Shown here: piece after piece, positions 1 through 9,618 of the stretch
How positions within the stretch are numbered: the first letter of the stretch is position 1
How the letters are laid out: every line of letters begins with the position of its first letter
Assembly (NCBI RefSeq): GCF_036321535.1
Contig: NC_087436.1
Location: 36,334,001 to 36,398,000, forward strand
Source of the DNA: Camelus dromedarius
Lineage: Eukaryota
Direction of reading: 5' to 3'
Length of the DNA: 64,000 nt
Program-made: the position numbers and the translations under genes
The notes under the pieces: generated by a model
Seen by the model: only the letters and a program-made list of their open reading frames with translations
Databases searched by the model: none
Told to the model about the DNA's origin: nothing

Positions 1-1770
1 CACCTTCAAATATACTAGATTTTTAAACAATTCAGTAAGTTAAGAGGTTTTTAGGATACCTGGGCTCTTTGTTTAGAAAAAGGAAAGGTAGTTCCATTAT
101 TCACTCAACAAATATTTGTTAAGTTACAAAGTTAAAGAGTCTCTGTCCCTCTTCTCCATTGCTTTAAAATTTAAAACTTAGTCTAGTGCAGGAGAAATGA
201 AGTAAATTAAAAAAAATCACACTTTAGTATCTTCCTATTCTCTCACCTAACACTAACACTCCATCACCAGCTCCACCAATTTTTGATACCCTCAACACCA
301 CAATGACCACCACCACCACAAAGCAATCTTAAAGTGACCTGCTGTATCTGCCCTGCAGGAAGGTCTACAAGAATGAGAGAAATCTTGATTCATTGCTTCT
401 CAAAGTTTCTGCAAAATCTATACAATATCGCCCTGACTTATACTAACCAAGTTAGGAGGGTATGTTATAGGTAGCATTTGGGAAAGACAGTGGACAAATA
501 TACCAGAATACTTGTGCTCAGGTTCTGCTCTCATTTACAAATGCACTCTGTCACACACACACACTCACCTAAAAGTAACTGAGAGGCAGAATTTGCATTT
601 GATTTTATTTTTAGACAGAGAATGCATGAGGATGCATGATAGCTATGGCTGAGTCTAACACACATGACCACCAGAGTGCTGACATAATAACAAAAAAGAA
701 TCCATGAGTTTTATTCACACACATAGATAATGGCCAAGGAATCAGAGTGATGGGATGTTGGAATCGAAGGGTCTCAGAAGTCACTAGTCCCAATCTCTCA
801 ATTAGGTAAGAAAACTTAGGTCTTTGTGCTGGGAAAATTTTGAAAGACGTTTAAAGAGGAAAAAAAAAAAAATCGCTGGGTGCCCTATTTAGCACACCCT
901 TCCAGGCTGTCTGGTTCTGTAGGGGTCTGAGACCAGTCTATGAGCTGTTTTATAACTCAGTAAGTCTTAGAAAACTTACAGTAATGCAAATGATTCTTGT
1001 CCATAGAAACGCAAATTAATATTTTCCCGCAGAATACAACAGATTATGGCCCTGTGGATACTGACCCGTCTTATGTCTGTTTGCAAATTCAGTTCAGCAT
1101 TCCTAATGACCCATATACTGGATGTATTATCTTACTGGTTCCCTCATTAATGAACGTTAATAAAATCCCACCTCCCATGTTAGTTCCCCATTTAGCACAT
1201 CAAGGGACAGACTCGGCCAGACAGACCCTAGAGATTTAGTTTCTGGAGGTCTAGACATGAAGGGGAAGGCAGCAGGCTTGCTCCTTCTCTCCCCAGACGA
1301 CGGTGGGGAAAGAAAGGAGGCAGAGGCAACGGCCAGGCAACGGTCAGACGCGGGGCCCACTGCCGGTTACAGACAAATAAACAAATAAATAAAGATCTGG
1401 GTCTGTTTTAAGTGTGGTTTCCTGAACCCAGCCCAGGCCTACTGAATCAGTCTGTAAAGGTGAGCCTCATGCACACTCAGGTTTGCAAATGACTGTTCCA
1501 GACTCACAAAATACTTTGAGACTATTTAACAGGGAGGGGCTACATGAATTAAATGAGGCAAGGAGAAAAAGCCCTATGACTCTGATCTAGTTCAAATTTT
1601 CACAGCGAACATCCCATACATAACTATACCCTAGGTCTTCGGTGTTACGGCTTCAAATGTGGGTATAGTTTTGGCAGGATTATCTTCTATTTCATTTCCA
1701 GAAACTACCAGAGAGTGTTTTTATATGGTTCTCCAAGCCCTGTAAAGTTTTTACCTTTGATGCTGTTTCT

Positions 1771-1905
1771 TTTTGTTTTTCCCTTAGGTGGGGGAGGGTG
1801 TGTGTGTTAGGTTTATTTACTTATTTATTTTAATGGAGGCACTGGGGATTAAACTCAGCACCTGGTGTGCTAAGCATGTGCTGTACCACTGAGCTATACC
1901 CCCCC
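1771..1905 (-). mobile_element. tRNA-derived SINE, camelid Vic-1-like
   Basis: Minus strand reads GGGGGGGTATAGCTCAGTGGTACAGCACATGCTTAGCA...GAGTTTAATCCCCAGTGCCTCCATTAAAATAAATAAG, giving A-box and B-box-like motifs and an A-rich tail. Degenerate flanking duplication tgctgtttct/cactatttct. Confidence 0.85.
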
Positions 1906-2618
1906 AACACTATTTCTAATGGTAGCTGCAGGACGCCCCACCAGCCCCTGCTTCAGTAGGGAAGAATTAAAGTCAGGATCCTTCTCTACTGGGAATCTGT
2001 TCATTTTTATGATTAACAAAGAAAAATTGTTATTCTTTGAGTTTTTTTTTTTGTTTGTTTGTTTGTTTCTTTAATGATTCAGAACTTAAACACAGAACAC
2101 TAGTTCTAAGAGAGGAGAGGCCCCAAATTCATCTACCCTGTAGAAGCCAAACAAACTCTTCTATAACAGAAAATATATTATCCTTACAGAAACGTGCAGG
2201 GAGGCAAACTGTGCCAGGGCTCAGGGCCACCCCGAGCACTGGGGGCCTAACAGACCCATAGCGCAGAGCACGTTGAATGAGCCTCCAGTATTAACGGGTC
2301 TAAAAACATCAGCGTAACTAAGTTGATTAGATTACAGGAGACTTGGTCATCAGCGTGATTCAAAACGTTCCTGCCTCTCATGTCTGAGTATGTGCATCTA
2401 GACTAGTTCAAATATTGAGAAACCAAAATAGATTCTATACAGTGTTAAAAACAAAACAAAACAAAACAAAACAAAACCTTAACCGTCTCATGAAGGGAAA
2501 GGAGGAACTGTTGAAAAGTACTGAAATACAGCTTCTACAAAACTGCGTTTGTGCTTAAGGCAACCCGGGTGCTTCCACTACGTCCTACTTAGCAATAACT
2601 GAATTTTATATGTGCCTG

Positions 2619-3263
2619 TGTTAGAGCAGACAGATAGCTAGATATGAGCAGAGAAAGGGGGACACAGACCAAATGGCAGGAATTGGGCAGAAAGGAGGGG
2701 CACAGGCCAAATGCAGGAAACCACACATCATGTAAGCAGCAGGGATCCCTGGGCAGAGAAAGAAAAGCTGGAATCTTTGGGCTGATACGGGGCCACACCT
2801 TTTGGCCTGGAGACCAACAAAGAAAGGTCAGAAAAGGCAGAAATTTCCAGTGTCCAAATGTAACCTTTTGCTCATTATGCCCTCATTTCAATAAAATTAG
2901 CCTTGCAGATCAGAAGTACCCATCATGCACCGACACCATGACACTTCCGATCCAGACTAAATAAGGACAAAAATCCCTCCTCCCTTCGAGAAGGTGGAGT
3001 TGGGATGATAATCAGGGAATACGACCCCAAACCCTTCCCTCCCCAGTGAATATTCTGCCCATTCATTTTTACACCCTATGTAGCTAACTTGCTAAAGAAA
3101 CTCAGGGCAGCTGCTCACCTGAGCCTGCCCGCTCTCCCCTGAGAGTGTACTATCCATCCTTTAATAAGTCCTCACTTTACCTTTTTGACCTCTAAGTCTT
3201 GTCTCTGAATTCTTTCTGGGATGAGACAAGAACCTGGAACACCGGTTGCATCTGTCGGCGACA
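2619..3263 (+). mobile_element. Solo LTR, ERV1 class (5' end resembles MER50/MER84-type LTRs)
   Basis: Starts TGTTAGAG, ends GGCGACA; 4-bp TSD cctg at 2615-2618 and 3264-3267. AATAAG poly(A)-like signal followed by the GAATTCTTTC...CAAGAACC motif typical of ERV1 LTR R/U5. Confidence 0.85.
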
Positions 3264-3629
3264 CCTGGTGCTTTTCACTGAAGGGGCTGAAAAGAAAAAT
3301 AAGTCATGGCCCTCAAGGAGCCTTCACTTTAGTTTAACAGTAATATTGCCAAGCTTGTGGAACTATAGAACACACTCTTCCCAGTAGCATCAGATGTTAA
3401 AATTCCACAAATAAAATACACCGTTGTTCTGGTTAAAGCAACATTTAAAGCTACATGTATTGAAGGACTGAGGTTAAGTCTCAACACTGTAAATTGAGCA
3501 CCTCTTAGATTTCATGGTACAAGACTGACTTTTAGCTGTAGCTCATGATAAAGTCCTCCAATGACTCCTCTTGAGTGAACCAAACTTGACCCAAGAATAG
3601 ACTCTAGACAGTGAAAGCACTTTTTTCTT

Positions 3630-4114
3630 TTGAGTGAAGGTAGATTTATTCAGAGAGATACATTGAAAGGCAAGAGAAAGGCCACGAGGTGTGGGGGTTG
3701 GGTGCTCAGATTAGAAGTAAGTACACATTCCATAGACAGAATTTGGGCCATCTCCGAAGGGAGAGGGGTGGCCGAGAGGCATCGTGTTGCTGGTTTTTAT
3801 GGGCTTGGTGGTTTCATATGCTAATAAGTGGAAGGACCAGTCTAAGGGGAAGCGGCTGGGGTTCCCAGGAAGTTGGCCTTTTCCCACTCTTAGACCTTCT
3901 GTGGCTAGCCTTGGGACTGCCATGGTGCCTGTGGGCATGTTATTCACCATGTTAATACTACAATGGGCATATAATGAAGCTCAGGATCTACTAGAAGTTA
4001 TATCTCTCATCATCCTGAGCCTCAAGGCCTACTGGGGGTTGAATCTTCCACCACTTTGATGTTAATTGCTGTGGCACTCCTTGAGTGGCTGTGCCCTGCC
4101 CTCTTCCTGTCTCA
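3630..4114 (-). promoter_or_regulatory. 3' LTR portion U3-R of the ERV retrocopy (MER41-like)
   Basis: Begins TGAGACAGG directly after the polypurine tract. TATA-like CATAAAAA (3801-3794), octamer-like ATGCTAAT (3818-3825, + strand), AATAAA (3650-3645); ends at CTCAA about 14 nt after AATAAA. Confidence 0.88.
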
Positions 4115-4124
4115 CTCCCCCCTC
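4115..4124 (-). other. Polypurine tract (PPT)
   Basis: GAGGGGGGAG immediately 5' of the LTR-initial TG on the minus strand. Confidence 0.85.
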
Positions 4125-4183
4125 AGAGATTTTACTCCCATAATCTTATGGGGTTGCAGGGGGGGCGAAGGTCCGTCATCTGA

Positions 4184-4470
4184 AACTGCTTCCAGGCTGA
4201 GTAGGGGCGTTGACCCTGCCTATCAGGGAGTAAAACTCTCTGAATGCCTAATCTAGGGGCCCCAGGGGTAGGACAGTCTTTTGTTTTTGCATGCAAGGGC
4301 TGAGGGTGTGGGCTGGAATCCTCACATAGCCATCATCTAATGTGGGGCTGCTGTAACCCACTGTTTTCATTGACTTTTGATGAATTTTCTTAAAGATGAA
4401 GCACCTTTGTACCAGCAGTCTGACAGTCTGTAATGACAAAAAGACTTAAAAGGCATGGTTAAACATTTGT
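4184..4470 (-). pseudogene. env: env remnant: only the extreme TM C-terminus
   Basis: PCLLSLFV (TM membrane-proximal GPC-like), GPLD (4262-4251) and CGCCCCTACTCAGCCTGGAAGCAGTT, which resembles the end of HERV-W-type env. Only about 370 nt separate the pol stop from the PPT. Confidence 0.6.
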
Positions 4471-4488
4471 AATCACCACTACACGGTA

Positions 4489-5865
4489 TCATTTGTTTTT
4501 CATAAACAGGTACCTGAGGTCTAATATTGCCTCGCAAGTTGTAGGTCTCTCCTGGCTCCTGTTGGGGCTTATAAATTACAGGTTTTATTCTGGACAGATG
4601 TACCCAACTAGCAATTCCCTGTAGCTTAACGGCAGTTGGGGTGCTCAGTAGTACCTGACATGGTCCCTTCCATTTTGGCTGCAGCTGGTCTTCAGGGGAT
4701 CCCTCCTTCCAAGTTTTTAGTAAGACAAAGTCCCCTGATTGGACAGGGACTTCAGCCTTTTCCTCTGTGGGAAAGGGCAACATTTTGTTTCCATATTCTT
4801 GGAGAGCCTTTTGAACTTGACTTAAGCTAACAGTGTGGGAAACTAATCTATGAGTCTCCTCATCAAACCGGAAATCTGAAGTTAAAAAGGGTCTCTCATA
4901 CATCATTTTAAATGGGCTAAGTTTTAAAATTCCCTTAGAGGCCGTCCTTATTCTTAGAAGGGCTATCGACAGGAGGGGGACCCAGGTTTCTGAAGTCTCC
5001 TGACGTAGCTTAGCAAGTGTTCTCTTTAGAACATGATTTGCTTTTTCCACCTTGCCTGAGGATTCGGGCCTCCAGAAAGAGTGGAGGCAATAGTTAATAC
5101 CCAGAGAGCAGGAAACCTGTTAAATCACCTTGGCAGTGAAGGAGGGTCCATTATCACTCTGTAAGCTTTTTGGTAGCCCAAATCTTGGGATTATTTCTTT
5201 CAGCAGAAATTTTGACACTTCTATTGCTTTTTCCATTCTGGTGGGGAACGCTTCTACCCATCCTGTAAAGGCGTCTATGAATACCAACAGGTATTTCCAT
5301 CCCTTACAAGGAGGCATCTGAGTAAAGTCTATTTGCCAATCTTCCCCTTTATAAGTTCCCCGATGTTATGTGGGCCAGAGTAGAGGTGGAGGGATAGGGT
5401 AACTCCCTGGGTCATTGCGGGCACAAAGTTCACATGCCCTAGTGACTTCCTCAACCGTTTGGGACAGCCCCTTGCCTAGGAACACTTGAGAGATTAGTCT
5501 GAGCATGGAGTCCCGCCCTAGGTGGGTGGGCTCATGGAGATGCTTAATTATTTCCCATTGTTTGTCCCCAGGAATGGGGAGCTTATTATCTTTTGTCAGC
5601 CACCCCTAGAGATTCTTCTCTAGCCCCCTATGTTTAGCCCATCAGCCCGCTTCAGGTGTAGAGGACGGCGCTGTTGGGAGAGGCTGGTCCTCAGGTAGGA
5701 GAACTGCAGCTTGTAAGGCCGGCTGTTCTCTGGCTGCAGCTTTGGCAGCCTTGTCTGCGAGGGCATCCCCCTGTACAAGGGAAGACTCGCCCTTTTGGTG
5801 ACCCCTGCAGTGCATGACTGCAACCTATTCTGGAAGCTGGACTGCTTCTAGGAAGTTTAGAATTT
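4489..5865 (-). pseudogene. pol: pol remnant: RNase H C-terminus plus integrase, no RT
   Basis: ILNFLEAVQLPE*VAVMHCRGHQKG...ALADKAAKAAA (RNase H); HLHEPTHLG...CELC (HHCC); WQIDFTQM, LQSDNGPSF, SGKVEKAN (DDE); LQPKWKGPCQVLL (GPY/F-like). Several stops and a frameshift. Confidence 0.93.
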
Positions 5866-6184
5866 TTGCCTGGAGTTTACTGAGTAAATCCCTTCCCAAC
5901 AAGGGGATGGGGCACTCAGGCATGAGCAAAAACTGATGGCAAAGGTAAAATTTTTTAGCAGGCAGCTAAGGGGGGCTGTAAATCGCTTGGTTTGGGGCTT
6001 TCTGTCAATCCCTGTTACTACACAGGATTGGGAGGACAAGGGTCCAGGGAAATCAGTCAGCAGAGTAGGCGGCTCCTGTATCTAATAAGAAAACTTTTCT
6101 ATCTGCCATGTCAAGGGTTATCTGAGACTCCTCCAGAGAAAGGACCAGGTATCCTGTGGGAGCCATGGAGGGTCCCGGGCCCCG
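5866..6184 (-). pseudogene. pro: Retroviral aspartic protease (frameshifted)
   Basis: FLLDTGAAYS active-site motif, VVTGID flap region, FLLMPECPIPLLGRDLLSKLQ C-terminal motif. Confidence 0.92.
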
Positions 6185-7714
6185 TTGGTCTTCAGTTACC
6201 TCAGCCATCATTGGTTTGGGAGTCCCAAGCCCCCCTCGGGACTGGGGGCAGTCCCGCTTCCAGTGGCCTTTTTGTTTGCATATCGGGCGGGGTTCCCATG
6301 GACCTTTTTCAAACATAGGGCATTTGTTCTTCCAGTGGCCCTCCTGGCCGCACTTAAAACAGGTCCCATTTTGGCAAGACAGTGGCTCTGACTCAGGCAA
6401 CCTGGATCCTGTCCTCGCCATGGGTCTTCTTGAAGGAGGGTAACCCTGAGGTGGCGCAGGGTTTAGGGCAGCCGCTAGGAATTGTGCCTTTTGCTGTTGT
6501 CCCTGGATCCTTCTTGCCTCTTCAACCCTGTCTCTATTGTTAAATACCCCAAACACCAGATCCACAAGCTGATTCATGGGGGTCTGGGGTCCCAGAGCTG
6601 CCTTTTGTAATTTTCTCCTGATGTCTGGGGCCAACTGAGTGATAAAATGGGTATTTACCAGGACTTCCCCCTCAGTGGTTTCGGGGTTAATATTAGTATA
6701 CTTTTTAAAGGCCTCCACTAAGTGGCCCTGGAAAAGGGCTGGATTCTCTTTTCCCCGTGTTACTTCCCTGACTTTGTCATAGTTGATGGGCTTAACAACA
6801 CATTTTTTTCATCCCCTCTATGAGGCAAGTTACCATATGGTTTCTGCATTCAAGCTCTCTACCTCCCTATTGGTAGTTCCAGTGGGGGTCTTGGTCAGGG
6901 ACTGCATCCCCCCCTAGTAAGGTAGATTATGTGTCCATGGTTGCCAGTCCATCAGCATATGCCCGGGCTGCACCGAGGATCTGGCTTTTTTCCTCAAAAG
7001 TGCAGCAGGTTGAAAGGAGGACCTGTAAGTCCCTCCAGGTAAGCTCATAGGCCATTTTAGCCTGACAAATTCCTCCATGAACCTACTGGGGTCCTCGAAG
7101 AAATGTCCAAATTTCTCCTTACAAGTAGCTAAATCAGCCATAGGAAAGGAGACATGAACTCTGATTGTTCCCCCATCACCGGCTGGCACTTCCCTTAAGG
7201 GGCAGAGTTTGGCAGTAGGAGGTTGGTAGGTGGCCCCACCTGGAGCAGGACTTTCCTCCAGTGAGGGAGATGACGGGGAAGACTGTTCCCCTTCAGAGTT
7301 GGGGGAAATAGGAACTTCTGGCTGTGGACCTTGGGGAGCTGGACTCATAAGGGGGTCATCTAGAATACTGAGCTCCTGTGGGAGGAGATGCTTAGAGGGG
7401 ATGCGGGCCAGGAATATCCGGCAGGAGTTCCTTAGACCTGGGTTTTGGTATAGGGTCAGGAACATTTGGACATATGGGATTTCCCCCCATTTACCTCCTC
7501 TTTTACAAAATAGGCCTAGCTGTAAGATGGTATTGTAATTTAATGATCCATTCTTTGGCCAGACCTCTTGGTCTCCTACTTTGCATCAGGGCCATGCAGT
7601 ATTACAAAGGAAAATTAATTTCTTTTTCTTTAAACTATCCTTTTAAAACTTTTTCCAGTTAATTAATATGCATCCTACTGGGGGGTCCTTTGGGATACTT
7701 GTAGTTGTCCCCAT
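6185..7714 (-). pseudogene. gag: gag (MA-CA-NC), HERV-W/ERV9-related, with stops and frameshifts
   Basis: ATG at 7714: MGTTTSIPKDPPVGCILINW...LIFLCNTAWP...WPKNGSLNYNTILQLGLFCKRGGKWGEIPYVQ. MHR-like ENPALFQGHLVEAFKKYT; FITQLAPDIRRKLQK; zinc knuckles CFKCGQEGHWKNKC and RPICKQKGHWKRDC. Confidence 0.95.
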
Positions 7715-8018
7715 TTTGGTTAGGATGTCCTATCTGTGAGCCTGAGGTGGCTCCCTTGGACTAGTTAAGGAAAGGAACAAAGGCCAGAGGGAGAAAAGGT
7801 GACTAGAGTCCCAGAGTCTAAATCCTTTAGAGGGAAGGAGGAGACTTAGGTCCTGAGTCAACTAAGCAAATTACGTTTTGTGAAAGAGAAACAAATAGCA
7901 TCGAAAGGTGGAAATCTAGAACAAAAAAGGAATGCTATAGCCACAATGCCTCTTAGACCAGAGATCCGAAGGTCCATTAAGGGAGTATCTGCCTGTGGCT
8001 CCCACTCAGGGGCACCAT

Positions 8019-8245
8019 AACCTGTGACTTGTGGAGAGCACTCGCCAGCAACTCTCACTCAGGGGTGCTTAAACCCATGACCCCACCAAAGGGTGCTAAA
8101 ACCTGCGACCCCATGAAGGGGTGAGAAAACCTGCAACCCCACCGAGGGGTGCAAAAACCTGCGACCCCACCGAGGGGTGCGAAAACCTGTGACCCGTGAA
8201 CAGAGCACTCGCCGGTAACTCTCGTTCAGGGGTGCAAAACCCACG
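8019..8245. repeat. 28-bp tandem repeat array in the ERV 5' leader, bracketed by two copies of a ~48-bp unit
   Basis: Units AGGGGTGC(A/G)AAAACCTGCGACCCCACCG start at 8061, 8089, 8117, 8145, 8173 (partial at 8228). AACCTGTGAC...GAGCACTCGCC...ACTCTC..TCAGGGG occurs at 8019-8065 and 8184-8232. Confidence 0.9.
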
Positions 8246-8787
8246 ATCTGCAAAGGGAGTGCCTGCCCTGACTCCTGTCTACGGATGCAATGAGGCTCTA
8301 TGCCCCTAGGGCATTTGGGGAGGGCCGGGCCACAAATTTTTAAAGGGAAACTCCTGGAATCCCCTAATTTGGGCTCCCTTTTGCAGTTCCGGCATCCTGG
8401 AACCAGACCAGTGCCCTGTAGAGAGGTGGAATTGGGCACAAAGAGCCATGGAGGGAAAGCTCACCCAATCAGGTTGCCAATTACTTGCCACGTGGTCTTA
8501 ATGTCCGAGTGGTCACCTTCGTGGATCTTCTTGAGTCCGAAGAGATAGATCGCTAGAGGAGAGAATGAGAAAAGATTGAGGGGAGAAAACTTGGGCTCGG
8601 TGGGCTCCTTCACGGCTGGTGAGCTGGTCTCTGCCAGATCCTACAGGCAGCGTCAGCCGCCACCTAAGGGCTACTTGAATCTGCAAGGCGTGAGAGAAAC
8701 CCCCTGCCACCCTCCGAAGAGAAGGGAGCCATAACCCAATAGGCGGATCGAGATTATGCCCTCTGAGCCCTGCTTCTTTATGTAAAT

Positions 8788-8807
8788 GCCCCACACGTTG
8801 GGCGCCA
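8788..8807 (-). other. Primer-binding site, tRNA-Lys1,2 type
   Basis: TGGCGCCCAACGTG(TG)GGGC versus canonical Lys1,2 PBS TGGCGCCCAACGTGGGGC; lies 6 nt after the U5 terminal CA (8814). Confidence 0.85.
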
Positions 8808-8813
8808 GAGATA

Positions 8814-9087
8814 TGATGCAGGAAAACAGATGTGGGGCATGAGGAGGGCTGTGTCCCAGGTCTCGGTTGAGCCCCTGGGATGTGCCCTGCCAAGTGTTGG
8901 TCCTTGGCTACATGCAGGAAAGAATTCAACAGCCAGCCACAGTTGAGTGAAGGTAGATTTATTCAGAGAGATACATTGAAAGGCAAGAGAAAGTCCACGA
9001 GGTGTGGGGGTTGGGTGCTCAGATTAGAAGTAGGTACACATTCCATAGACAGAATGCGGACCATCTCCAAAGGGAGAGGGGCAGCCA
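8814..9087 (-). mobile_element. 5' LTR portion R-U5 of the ERV retrocopy
   Basis: R is 9087-8943 (matches 3774-3630). U5 is 8942-8814, ending ...TTCCTGCATCA. No U3 upstream; the TSD follows directly. Confidence 0.9.
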
Positions 9088-9618
9088 AAAGCACTTTTTA
9101 TAGAAACGAATGAATATAAGACCAATATAAGCTCTTGATGTCAGAGTTAGCAGAATTCAGTATATACATCCCCTACAATGTCTGTCGATGTCTTAATCAC
9201 TTAAGCAATGACTTAACATAGGCTTTGGAAGCATAACCCCCAACCCCTCTTTGCTCCTAGGGTTCAAGTGGCATATTGCTGTTCTGAAAGACCTCTCTGA
9301 ACAAAGTACAGAGTTAAATATTGATCAGAACAAAGCTGAGGGAAATGGAGATCTTAGTTGTTCAAATGGCAGCAAAGCTAGCCAAGTTGTATTGTTACAG
9401 AAGTCTGCCAGATTTATACTGGGGGCCTCCATTGTGTAATAATACAATGGAAATCAAGTCTCCTTGAAATGTGTTAATAAAAAAAGGAAACACTGGGGAA
9501 CAGAGGATTAAACAAAATTCAAAATATTGTTTTGCTGCAGGTCTTTTAAAAGTCTTTATATGCCAATATCTTCTAGAAGTGCAAGAGGTAAGATATTCTC
9601 CAGATATATTTGACTACG

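Larger units (their letters stand above)
3626..9087 (-). mobile_element. Class I ERV retrocopy (processed-pseudogene structure R-U5-gag-pro-deltaRT-RNaseH/IN-deltaenv-U3-R-A tail)
   Basis: Only the 145-bp R region is duplicated (3630-3774 vs 8943-9087). U3 occurs only at the 3' end and U5 only at the 5' end. Short A tail; TSD aaagcacttttt at 3614-3625 and 9088-9099; gag/pro/pol homology in between. Confidence 0.93.

Noticed and set aside
2619..3263. Solo LTR as the missing LTR of the adjacent ERV
   Set aside because: Opposite orientation, different sequence from the ERV's U3-R-U5, and it has its own 4-bp TSD.
4367..7465. ORFs of 227, 221 and 183 aa as functional domesticated genes
   Set aside because: They are fragments of gag/pro/pol broken by stops and frameshifts, and their ends run into non-homologous frames.
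8061..8245. CRISPR-like array of ~28-bp palindromic repeats
   Set aside because: Units are head-to-tail with no unique spacers, there are no cas genes, and the context is a mammalian ERV leader.
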